Virus record (IMG/VR): IMGVR_UViG_3300028888_001839
Span: 1 to 64,000 of that record
Source: a virus
Lineage: Duplodnaviria; Heunggongvirae; Uroviricota; Caudoviricetes
Length of the DNA: 64,000 bases
Direction: 5' to 3' (one strand)
Shown here in pieces: positions 8,799 to 17,102 of this stretch (positions within the stretch are counted from its first letter, which is position 1; every line of letters begins with the position of its first letter). The notes under the pieces were generated by a model. It saw only the letters and a program-made list of their open reading frames with translations. It was not told where the DNA came from and did not search any database. Both the position numbers and the translations under genes were made by a program.

Positions 8799-9425
8799 AT
8801 GAACTTTTTCGACTACCAGAACCAAATGTATAGCAAATCCGCGCAAGACGATGCAATAGCAGATGCCGCAGCGGCAGAAGCACGAAAGCAGCAAGCAGAG
8901 GCCCCTCATGGAGAAGAAGAGTCTGCCAAGCAGATAGCGGAGTTCTCTGACAAAGACCACATCTTATCTGGGGAAGAACTGCTAGAACACCGCAAGCATT
9001 GTAGGGCGAAACCTGGTAATTGCCCGTTTGAAAAAGCCGTAGATGAGGCTGATGACATTACCCCAAATGAGATAAAAGTGACGAAGCAGGATGCCTACAA
9101 TCGTCTAGCCGCCGTCCTTACGCAGTTATTCCAAGTCTCAAAGAACCTCGCAAAGCCAGCGATAGCAGACCCTGAAGCCGTGGAGGAGGAAGCTTCTCCG
9201 AATGGTGAGGCTGCTTCTACCGCACAGGATGAGAAGCCTACGCAGGATGAAGCACCTGCTGACGAGCCTAACACAGATGCAAAGATTGTCGCTGAAGTCA
9301 TAGAGGGCGGAATAGAGAAGATGGTGGAACTCGCCAAGGCTAAAGGATGCCTTGTGGATATGGACGAAAAAGCCACCAAATACATAGTGAAAGGCCCCTC
9401 AAAAGAGGATGTGGAGCAAGCCTAG
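8799..9425 (+). CDS. hypothetical acidic protein, candidate internal head protein
   Basis: Contains AQD and QDEAP motifs and HRKHCRAKPGNCPF, similar to a motif in the FtsK protein. Confidence 0.7.
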   Translation: MNFFDYQNQMYSKSAQDDAIADAAAAEARKQQAEAPHGEEESAKQIAEFSDKDHILSGEELLEHRKHCRAKPGNCPFEKAVDEADDITPNEIKVTKQDAYNRLAAVLTQLFQVSKNLAKPAIADPEAVEEEASPNGEAASTAQDEKPTQDEAPADEPNTDAKIVAEVIEGGIEKMVELAKAKGCLVDMDEKATKYIVKGPSKEDVEQA

Positions 9426-9427
9426 TT

Positions 9428-9443
9428 TTTCCCAGTTGGCATT
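9428..9443 (+). promoter_or_regulatory. candidate late promoter TTT-N7-GGCAWT
   Basis: TTT cccagtt GGCATT upstream of the protease gene; recurs before other structural genes. Confidence 0.5.
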
Positions 9444-9480
9444 GATTAGCCAAAAATGACAGGCTGGAGCATCAACGGAA

Positions 9481-11388
9481 ATGGCGCATAGTTACATAGA
9501 CAAGTTCGGATACAGGAGGCAGAGGGCAAACCCTATCTCCCGCGTAGGCGTCTTTCCGTACACTGGCGAGCAGATTGACCAGCCCAAGAAGAATCCTATT
9601 ACTGGCAAGCCCATCATCAAGAGGGATGCCCTGGGGGAGATAATCTGGAAGCGCACGAAGAGCGGAGCCATCGAGAAGGATGCGGACGGCGACCCGATTC
9701 CAGAATATGAGATGCAGTTCGGGCTAGAGCCTAACAAGCTATACCCAGTTCTCCGCGGTCCAGATGCGCTCTTCGACTCTGAGGCGATTGAGTCTTTCAA
9801 CGGTCTTCCGATTCGTGTCGGCCACCTGATGATTGGCGACGAGAAGAAGAACAGCAAGGACGAAAAGGACAAGAAGCTCAATTCCGCCGACAAGAATCCG
9901 AACGACGGATGCATCTACAATGTCCGTCCGTCCCTTGACGAGCCGGGCTACCTCATCGCGGACTTCTGCATCTACACCGACCGAATGAAGGACATTCTAA
10001 AGGACGGCAAGATCAGGGAACTCTCCCTCGGCTACACCTGCATCTATGAGCAGGAGGACGGCGAATATGAGGGCGTCCCCTACATGTTCAAGCAGACAAA
10101 TTTGCGGGGCAATCATCTTGCCCTCGTAAAACATGGGCGTTGTGGGTCGAGCGTCTGTGTGTATGACCAAGCGGTCGTGACGTTCGACTCATTACCCGAA
10201 GGATACCCAACAATGGAAGATACAAAGAAAGAAGAGACCAAGGAGCTCGATAGAGCCAAGGCCCTTGCTTCCGCCATTAAGGGTGGTGACGAGCAGTTGG
10301 CTCAAGACTGCCTTGACTTCGCGGACTTCCCTCCGGAAGTGCGCAAGGAAGCCCTTGAGCGCTGCAAGGCCGGCAAGTGCGAGAAGAAGGATGGAGAGAA
10401 GGATGCGACCGACAAGGCCCCCAAGGCCACGAAGGACGATGCCGATGCTCCTACCCCTCCCGAACTTCCGAAGCCAGACGAGAAGCCAGCCGAATCCCCC
10501 GCACCGGAGAGTTCCGCCGCTTCCGCTCCTGCACCCACCCCCGCTCCAGAAGCGAAGGAACCTGCTCCTACCGAGGTGAAGTCTCCGGCTAACGGAGAGA
10601 ACCCCGCCGATGGGCAGGAGGCACAGGACAAGGCCCCCAAGACCGAAGCCCATGTCTGCGACAAGTGCGGATGCGACCCTTGCACGTGCAAGAAGGAAGC
10701 TGAAGACAAGGCTTGCGGAGACAAGGCGGCGAAGGACTGCGGAACTGGCGTGACCGAGCCTTCCGTTCCTACACCGGTTGCAGCCCTGCAGGGCGGAACC
10801 GAGGAGAAGAAGGAGCCGAAGGAGAAGGACACAGAGGACAAGGCGGCCAAGGACGGCAAGGAGCCAGAGAAGGTTGCAATCGTCGCGGAGAAGGTTGAAG
10901 AGCCAAAGCCGGGCGAAGCAATCGCAGAGGCTATTGAAGCCAAGGGCGCCGAGGATAAGGCGGAGAAGCGCATCGAGGCCGACGTCAAGGCCGATCATGA
11001 CAACCAGCCTCCGGGCAAGTCCAAGGTCGCGCAGGATGAGTATGCCGCCTTCATCGCGGAATACACCGAGGCGCAGGCTCTCGCAAGCAAGCTTCGTCCT
11101 CACATCAAGGAAACGTTCGATTCCGCTCCTATGAGAGTAATCGACGTTGCCCGCTTTGCGGCCAAGCACATCGACAATCTCGCCTTCGTAATGGACGAGG
11201 CGGACGACGAGAAGGTACTCACAGCCGTGCGCGGATATGCCGCAGCGGTGGCCATGGATGCCGCTCCGAAGGGAGAGGTGTTCGAGGACAAGATTCCTTC
11301 CGCACCCGTCATCGTACAGGACGAGGCACCGAAGACAGAACAGACGAAGGCTTCTTCCAAAGACCTTCTAAAGTTCCTCGGCAACTAA
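9481..11388 (+). CDS. prohead protease/scaffold fusion (DUF2213-like)
   Basis: NPISRVGVFPY, SFNGLPIRVGH, IRELSLGY and NHLALVKHGRCG motifs; long acidic Pro-rich C-terminus; sits before the capsid genes. Confidence 0.9.
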   Translation: MAHSYIDKFGYRRQRANPISRVGVFPYTGEQIDQPKKNPITGKPIIKRDALGEIIWKRTKSGAIEKDADGDPIPEYEMQFGLEPNKLYPVLRGPDALFDSEAIESFNGLPIRVGHLMIGDEKKNSKDEKDKKLNSADKNPNDGCIYNVRPSLDEPGYLIADFCIYTDRMKDILKDGKIRELSLGYTCIYEQEDGEYEGVPYMFKQTNLRGNHLALVKHGRCGSSVCVYDQAVVTFDSLPEGYPTMEDTKKEETKELDRAKALASAIKGGDEQLAQDCLDFADFPPEVRKEALERCKAGKCEKKDGEKDATDKAPKATKDDADAPTPPELPKPDEKPAESPAPESSAASAPAPTPAPEAKEPAPTEVKSPANGENPADGQEAQDKAPKTEAHVCDKCGCDPCTCKKEAEDKACGDKAAKDCGTGVTEPSVPTPVAALQGGTEEKKEPKEKDTEDKAAKDGKEPEKVAIVAEKVEEPKPGEAIAEAIEAKGAEDKAEKRIEADVKADHDNQPPGKSKVAQDEYAAFIAEYTEAQALASKLRPHIKETFDSAPMRVIDVARFAAKHIDNLAFVMDEADDEKVLTAVRGYAAAVAMDAAPKGEVFEDKIPSAPVIVQDEAPKTEQTKASSKDLLKFLGN

Positions 11389-11428
11389 TGTTAACCTACA
11401 GAAAAAACAACCCAAAGGAGTAAGAACT

Positions 11429-11941
11429 ATGGGACTTCAGAAAGAGATCCTGAGGCGGACGTTCGAAGGAACTGTGAAGGTTCAGACGGGCGTTGATGCG
11501 CAGGGAAATCCCGTATACGAGACCAAGAAGTATTCGGCGGGGGCGGCAGCGCTCATCGGCGGTACTCCCGGTCAAATCTACGACGTGGCCTATGGCCCAG
11601 TCGTCCACACCACGACCCTCGCTGAAGCGGCCGAAATCGGCTCGTTCGTCGAAGGCCAGGGCGTAATCGTCAATGCGCCTGAGTATGCGCTCTACGGAAC
11701 TGGCGTTGGCCAGGGCGCAGCGCTCGCTCCGTCGCTCGTGCTTCCCGCTGGCACGGTCGTGTCCTGCATGACCGCCGGCCACGTGTGGATCCAGTACAAG
11801 AACCTCGCCACCATTCTCGCAAAGATGAATGCGGCAGTCATCTGGCAGCAGAAGGATGCTACCGAGGATGCCGACCTTCTCGTTGTGGAGGTGAACGGGA
11901 TGAAGGCCTACGGCCCTGACGATTCCACCGCCAACGGCTAA
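11429..11941 (+). CDS. putative capsid cement/decoration protein
   Basis: Position between protease and MCP; GVIVNAPEYALYG and MTAGHVWI; strong codon bias. Confidence 0.7.
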   Translation: MGLQKEILRRTFEGTVKVQTGVDAQGNPVYETKKYSAGAAALIGGTPGQIYDVAYGPVVHTTTLAEAAEIGSFVEGQGVIVNAPEYALYGTGVGQGAALAPSLVLPAGTVVSCMTAGHVWIQYKNLATILAKMNAAVIWQQKDATEDADLLVVEVNGMKAYGPDDSTANG

Positions 11942-11969
11942 ACCTTACAACAGGAAGGAGAATTAAACA

Positions 11970-13064
11970 ATGGCTTGCACAGAATGCAAATTCCGTATGC
12001 CCAAGGTCAAGGTAGAGGGCTTCGCCCTCGACGAGGCCCCTGAGAACCTGCGCACGATGGAGAATCTTGCGCTGATGGGCGTATCGTTCAACGACAAGTC
12101 CAGCGGCGTCAAGTACGTCATGGATGCGATGCCTACCCAGGGCGTAACCAACCCAACGGCCCAAGTCCCCGTGCAGTTCCTCCAGCACTGGATGAACAAA
12201 ATCATCACGGTTGTGACGCAGGCAACGACCGCCGATGAATTCCTCGGCCGCTCCACCTACGGCGAGTGGTATCAGGAAAGCATCGTCCTCCGTCTGCGCG
12301 AGCTCACGGGTGCGGTTCGTCCTTACGGCGACCACGCTCAGGCACCGCTCGCTCGGTACAACTACAACCAGGAAGACCGCACCATCGTGCGCTTCGCACA
12401 GGGTATCCTCACGGGTGCTTTGGAAGAGGCTCGTCTTGCGGCCATCGGTCAGAAGTCCTCCGCTTACGAGAGCGACCGCGCGGCACTCGGCCTCGCCTTC
12501 AAGCTCAACACCAATGCGGTTGCCTTCTTCGGCTACAACCTGGGGTACAACAAGACCTACGGTATCTTGAACGACCCCAACCTCAATCCCTACATCGCCG
12601 TTCCTGAGAACGCCGCTGGCGAGACTGAGTGGGCCAAGAAGAACTTCTACGAGATCGTCACCGACCTCAACACGGCCGTTGCCGAACTCCAGAAGCAGTG
12701 CGCTGGCAACTTCATTCCGTCCAAGCATGCCTTCAAGATCGGCATCGCCCTCGGTTGCGACCAGTTCCTCAACCAGGTCAACTCCTACGGCATCAGCGTC
12801 CGCAAGTACATCTCGGACACTTGGCCAAAGGCAGACCTCGTGGTTATCCCCGAGTTCGACAATGCACTCGCAGGCGACAACGTTATGTACCTCAAGCTGG
12901 ACGAGCTCGCTGGCTCCCCAGTTGCGGAGCAGATCGTTCCTGCGGCGGTTCGTCTCGTCGGGTCGGTGCCTCGTGCAAGCGGTTTGTACGAATTGTACAG
13001 TGACGCCACGGCTGGTACGTTCGTTGAGCAGCCACTCGGTATCGTGCGGTTCTTCGGTATTTAA
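11970..13064 (+). CDS. major capsid protein (DUF2184-like, HK97 fold)
   Basis: PVQFLQHW, GAVRPYGD, NAVAFFGY, YGILNDPNL, VVIPEFDNA, ATAG...PLGIVRFFGI; strongest codon bias; followed by a terminator. Confidence 0.92.
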   Translation: MACTECKFRMPKVKVEGFALDEAPENLRTMENLALMGVSFNDKSSGVKYVMDAMPTQGVTNPTAQVPVQFLQHWMNKIITVVTQATTADEFLGRSTYGEWYQESIVLRLRELTGAVRPYGDHAQAPLARYNYNQEDRTIVRFAQGILTGALEEARLAAIGQKSSAYESDRAALGLAFKLNTNAVAFFGYNLGYNKTYGILNDPNLNPYIAVPENAAGETEWAKKNFYEIVTDLNTAVAELQKQCAGNFIPSKHAFKIGIALGCDQFLNQVNSYGISVRKYISDTWPKADLVVIPEFDNALAGDNVMYLKLDELAGSPVAEQIVPAAVRLVGSVPRASGLYELYSDATAGTFVEQPLGIVRFFGI

Positions 13065-13090
13065 GCTGAAAAATCGCATATATGCGCAAA

Positions 13091-13121
13091 AGACCGTCAC
13101 CGTTTTCGGTGGCGGTTTTTT
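13091..13121 (+). terminator. Rho-independent terminator after MCP
   Basis: ACCGTCACCG-TTTT-CGGTGGCGGT followed by a T run. Confidence 0.85.
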
Positions 13122-13169
13122 GTTGTGAAAGTGGCTATAATTGCAAATTTGCATTTTTGGATTTTTGGG

Positions 13170-13198
13170 TTGAAATCGTCATTATCAAATGGTAGAAT
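13170..13198 (+). promoter_or_regulatory. sigma70-type promoter; probably gives a leaderless tnpB-like mRNA
   Basis: TTGAAA-N17-TAGAAT (TGG before -10); GTG start lies 7 nt downstream with no Shine-Dalgarno. Confidence 0.65.
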
Positions 13199-13204
13199 AT
13201 CTCC

Positions 13205-14671
13205 GTGATTTCCTACAAGTTCAAGTTGCATTCCAAAGCAAAAGAGGAAGGATTTCTTGGTGACAAAATCACCAAGCATCTACTGCTTTACAATCGACTT
13301 GTTGACTTGGGGAATAGGTTCTATAAGAGGTACAAAAAAATACTCCGTTCAAAGACGATACACAAGTACCTCCAGATGAAGAAGCACGACCCATCTTGGG
13401 ATTACATTCTCAAAGGACTCAATGCTTGGGCGGTGCAGCAGACTGTGAGACGAAGGGATGAGGCATTTGATAGGTTCTTCAAGTATCTGAAAAAGAAGAA
13501 AAAGAATTCAAATGTCAAGCCGAAAGAGTCTCCACCAGACAAGCATAGAGTACATGGCGAAGGTTCATTCAAACTCGCAAAAGGTTGTGGATGGAGACTT
13601 GTAGATGGAGGTGTGCAGGTAGGTCGGCTCTGGAACAACTTCGGGGTTCCGAAGGATGTGCATACTTACCGATTCTTTGGCAACAGAGAGATACTTGGAA
13701 CAATCAAGAATGCGGTATTCAAGAGAGACAGATGCGGAGATTTCTGGTGCATCATAACAACCGACCATACATCATATAGATACCTTGCTCCAACTGGTAG
13801 AATAGGTGGATTTGATTATAGTCAAGAGCATTTCTTTGTGAGCGACGATGGGAGAACATGGGACATTCCAAAGGTTCTTCTGGAACACTTTGACGAACTT
13901 AGCAAAGTGAACCACAAAATGCACAAAGCAAAAGATGGTTCTGGGAATAGAAAACGATTGGTTGCGAAGCGGGCGAGACTATATAGAAAGATAACAAATA
14001 TACGAAAGGAATTACACTATGCTCTTGCATGGAAGATGTGCCGTGAATATGATGTACTGTGTTTTGAACACAACAACTACGAAGAGATGTACGACCCCAA
14101 GAGGGTTGTAGATGGGCATCGTGTCTCCAAGAAGCAGAGAATCAGATTAAGGGCACTAGCACCTGCTTCATTCATCACGATTCTCAAAGAGGTAGCGAAG
14201 AAAGCAGGAAGGAATTTGTTTTTTGCAGACCAGCACTTTGCATCATCGCAGATATGCAGCAACTGCGGACACGTAAACAAGGCGGTGAAGAAGTTGCGGG
14301 TGAGGAAGTGGACTTGCCTGAAATGCGGCACGAAGCACGACAGGGACATCAATGCCGCGAAGAATTTAGTTAAAGAGTTCGAGAGGACTGCGGGCGGGGC
14401 ATCGTCCGTTGCGACACAGGAAGGTACGGAGACTGCAAAGGAGACGTACTGGAATCGCATTCGTAAGTCGGCCTTAGTAAAACGGGCTGCAGGTGCGGGG
14501 GAGAAATCCCCATGTCCACAAATCCACCAAGTAGCGGACGCCGACAAGGCGGACGAGACAGTGGAAAAATGCCCGGAACTGTATACCGATGCCGTTACAG
14601 TTCAAATTAAGAAGGAGGAAGAGAAGAAGCATGATTGCGGGCAGAAAATTGGGTTGAAGCCTCCCGATTAG
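13205..14671 (+). CDS. tnpB: divergent TnpB-family protein with about 90-aa C-terminal extension
   Basis: ISYKFKL start, KRDRCGDFW, RuvC-I GGFDYS, RuvC-II LCFEH, ASSQICSNCG...CLKCG, HDRDINAAKNL. Confidence 0.88.
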   Translation: MISYKFKLHSKAKEEGFLGDKITKHLLLYNRLVDLGNRFYKRYKKILRSKTIHKYLQMKKHDPSWDYILKGLNAWAVQQTVRRRDEAFDRFFKYLKKKKKNSNVKPKESPPDKHRVHGEGSFKLAKGCGWRLVDGGVQVGRLWNNFGVPKDVHTYRFFGNREILGTIKNAVFKRDRCGDFWCIITTDHTSYRYLAPTGRIGGFDYSQEHFFVSDDGRTWDIPKVLLEHFDELSKVNHKMHKAKDGSGNRKRLVAKRARLYRKITNIRKELHYALAWKMCREYDVLCFEHNNYEEMYDPKRVVDGHRVSKKQRIRLRALAPASFITILKEVAKKAGRNLFFADQHFASSQICSNCGHVNKAVKKLRVRKWTCLKCGTKHDRDINAAKNLVKEFERTAGGASSVATQEGTETAKETYWNRIRKSALVKRAAGAGEKSPCPQIHQVADADKADETVEKCPELYTDAVTVQIKKEEEKKHDCGQKIGLKPPD

Positions 14672-14682
14672 TGTGGTATACT
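14654..14682 (+). promoter_or_regulatory. sigma70-type promoter of the capsid paralogue
   Basis: TTGAAG-N17-TATACT with TGTGG before the -10. Confidence 0.65.
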
Positions 14683-14717
14683 ATACTCAGTCCTCAACCA
14701 AAAGAGAAAGGAAAACG

Positions 14718-15281
14718 ATGATGGAGTTGTCAAGGAAGAAGTTTCTTACGATGATCGGTGCATTAGGTGTGGCAAGCACCGTTCCGCAAGCGATTGGGAA
14801 GGGAGAAGGGATAGAGAAGTATCTGACTACGGGGCCTAATCCAGAGAAGCGGCATTGTCCTATAGTGAACGGGTGGGATAACAGGCCGCACTATCCGGTG
14901 ATGGAGAACACGTTTGGTGAGATGGGATGGGAGAAGAAGAGTCCTTATGAGATAGTTGCGGACATCAACAAAGGGGTTGCGGAAGTCCAGAAGCAGTCCT
15001 TTGGAAATTTCATTCCTACAAAACATTCATTCTTGCTAGGTCTTCCGCCTAGTAGGACGAAGTTCCTGCAGAAGGAGTTATGTTACGGGAAGACAGTAGA
15101 GTGGTACATCAGGAACTGCTGGCCTAATGCGGAACTCTGGAATCACTATCTTGCGGCAGCGTTCCTAGAGGATAGCGGGTATGATGGAAGTGCTGAGTTT
15201 TTTGTGATGTGTAGTGCTTTTAGAGGAAGCATGGGTTTTATTGATAAAAGGACTTTTGCTTACTCGCAGTACGGAATCTAG
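14718..15281 (+). CDS. truncated MCP paralogue (C-terminal part) with Tat-like N-terminal leader
   Basis: WEKKSPYEIVADINKGVAEVQKQSFGNFIPTKHSF aligns with MCP WAKKNFYEIVTDLNTAVAELQKQCAGNFIPSKHAF; N-terminus MMELSRKKFLTMIGALGVA; GAAAGGA ribosome site. Confidence 0.85.
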   Translation: MMELSRKKFLTMIGALGVASTVPQAIGKGEGIEKYLTTGPNPEKRHCPIVNGWDNRPHYPVMENTFGEMGWEKKSPYEIVADINKGVAEVQKQSFGNFIPTKHSFLLGLPPSRTKFLQKELCYGKTVEWYIRNCWPNAELWNHYLAAAFLEDSGYDGSAEFFVMCSAFRGSMGFIDKRTFAYSQYGI

Positions 15282-15322
15282 TTTCCTTTTTGTGGTTTCT
15301 TTGTCCGTTGTGGCATAGTGTA

Positions 15323-15450
15323 GCGACCCGCGTGGGTTGCAAAAAGTTCAAAATAGGAGGTCGCTCCCCTATGAGAGAAGGATTTCATACCGCTTGCAAG
15401 AGTCTTGGCATTTGCCAAGGAGCGACCTCTTGCAGGCGGGTTGTTTTTAC
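15323..15450 (+). promoter_or_regulatory. structured RNA with alternative stems (attenuator/terminator-like)
   Basis: 15357-15367 pairs with 15419-15429; alternatively 15390-15402 pairs with 15427-15439, followed by GTTGTTTTT. Confidence 0.5.
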
Positions 15451-15700
15451 TAACTGCGCACAGTATCTAAAGCCTCTCCTTAATGGAGTTCATCTTAAGA
15501 TGAACCTTTAGATTAGGTAATCATAGGAATACTTATGATAGACGTTGCTATAGAATACATAGGTACCGGCGAATGTGTGTCCAAGTTTGCCGCACTACGA
15601 TATGGGATTAAAAGACCTTGGAGGACGGGTCGGTGTTCCATATAAAAACCTATTGCAACTTACCGATGGGCAACCAACCTTCCTATAGGAAGTGAATTAT
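15445..15700 (+). ncRNA. IscB omega-RNA (5' guide plus scaffold)
   Basis: Non-coding region directly upstream of iscB with omega-RNA-like blocks (ACGTT...GAATACATAGGTACC, TCCAAGT, GATTAAA, AAAACC...CGATGGG) and nested stems (ATCTAAAG/CTTTAGAT, GTTCATC/GATGAAC). Boundaries approximate. Confidence 0.75.
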
Positions 15701-15706
15701 TTTATC

Positions 15707-17014
15707 ATGTTAGTTTTTGTACAGAATAAAGATGGTAAACCTTTAATGCCGACGCAAAGGTGTGGGCATGTTAGGTTTCTTCTAAAAACTGGAAAAGCTA
15801 GAGTAGTGCGCAGGTCTCCTTTTACTATAAGACTAACTTACAAAGCACAGAACTATGTGCAACCAATAACTTTAGGAGTAGATGTTGGTAGCAGACATAT
15901 TGGATTATCTGCTACCACAAAAACAAAAGAGTTATATGCTGCACAATGTGAAATTCGAGATGATGTTTCAAAGTATATTCGTATGAGAAGATGCTTTAGA
16001 CAATCCAGAAGAAGTAGAAAATGTAGATATAGGAAAAGAAGGTTTCTAAATAGGAAAAGAAGAGAAAAGTGGAGTTCTCCATCAATTAGAACAAAGATAA
16101 ATAGTTATTTAAGAATCATTAAATTGATTGTTAGTATTATGCCAGTTCAGAAAATTAGAATGGAGATTGCACGATTTGATACTGCTAAAATACTTAATCC
16201 TAACATATATGGGAAAGGATACACAGAAGGTGTATTGAAAGGGTTTCATCACATTAACGAATATGTTCTTTTAAGGGACAAATTTTCATGCCAGAACTGT
16301 TACGGAAGAAGCAACGATAAAAGGATGGAAGTTCACCATATCATAAGAAGAGTTGATTTGGGTACAAATAAGATAGATAACTTAATCACACTTTGCCATA
16401 CTTGTCATGAAGGATTCCATAATGGGAATGTCAAATTATTTTTATCTAGTCCCAAACCATATCGAATGCGAGATTCATCAATGATGAATGTTCTATGTGC
16501 AGCACTCCCTAAACAAATTAACAAGGAGGTTTGTGAAAAAGGCATTATTGTTGAATCAACTTATGGAGTAGAGACAAAGCATATTAGAGAAAAACAGAAC
16601 ATAACTAAAAGTCATATTAACGATGCCTTTTGTATTTCAGGGAATGTGTATGCAGAACGGGCTCGAGATATTTTCTATCATAAGTGTTTACGACGCCATA
16701 ATAGGATGTTACATAAACAAACTATTCACTCTCCAAAGGCATATAGAGGTCGTAGAAACCTAACTATATTAGAACAGAAAATAGGATTTCGTTCTTTGTA
16801 CCAAGTCCAAAGAGAGATTAAAGGGATACGATTATATGATGAGGTATTATATAATGGGAAATGGGGATATGTGTCTTCTCGGTCGAATAGAGGAAGATTC
16901 AAGGTACGAGATTCCAAGGGGATTCTCATTGCGGACAATGTTGGACGCAATAAAATTATTCTATTGGCACATAGTAGTGGTATCTTGACTAGTAGAGAAG
17001 CAAAAGAAAATTGA
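15707..17014 (+). CDS. iscB: IscB RNA-guided endonuclease (PLMP, split RuvC, HNH)
   Basis: GKPLMPT, LGVDVGS, Arg-rich bridge helix, MEIARFD, CQNC...EVHHII...DNLITLCHTCH, SHINDAFCI; visibly AT-richer than neighbours. Confidence 0.95.
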   Translation: MLVFVQNKDGKPLMPTQRCGHVRFLLKTGKARVVRRSPFTIRLTYKAQNYVQPITLGVDVGSRHIGLSATTKTKELYAAQCEIRDDVSKYIRMRRCFRQSRRSRKCRYRKRRFLNRKRREKWSSPSIRTKINSYLRIIKLIVSIMPVQKIRMEIARFDTAKILNPNIYGKGYTEGVLKGFHHINEYVLLRDKFSCQNCYGRSNDKRMEVHHIIRRVDLGTNKIDNLITLCHTCHEGFHNGNVKLFLSSPKPYRMRDSSMMNVLCAALPKQINKEVCEKGIIVESTYGVETKHIREKQNITKSHINDAFCISGNVYAERARDIFYHKCLRRHNRMLHKQTIHSPKAYRGRRNLTILEQKIGFRSLYQVQREIKGIRLYDEVLYNGKWGYVSSRSNRGRFKVRDSKGILIADNVGRNKIILLAHSSGILTSREAKEN

Positions 17015-17102
17015 CTATATAGCAAAGTATGATGATGCCTATAATGGGAATCACAAACAGACAGAAAACTTCGAGCCACCGCGAACTAAGGAGACGAAGA
17101 AA

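Noticed and set aside
9438-9455. GGCA motif as a sigma54 -24 box
   Set aside because: No consistent TTGC -12 box, and start codons often follow within 5-12 nt.
11859-13154. 431-aa antisense ORF over the MCP (also 23340-24410, 10192-11169, 26228-27130)
   Set aside because: Shadow ORFs caused by strong codon bias; no motifs or expression signals.
13205-14671. Calling this a nuclease-dead TldR or a Cas12f
   Set aside because: All three RuvC acidic residues appear retained and there is no CRISPR array.
15290-15511. 73-aa ORF as a protein-coding gene
   Set aside because: It overlaps structured RNA and the omega-RNA 5' region; only a possible leader-peptide role from ATG 15371 is kept.
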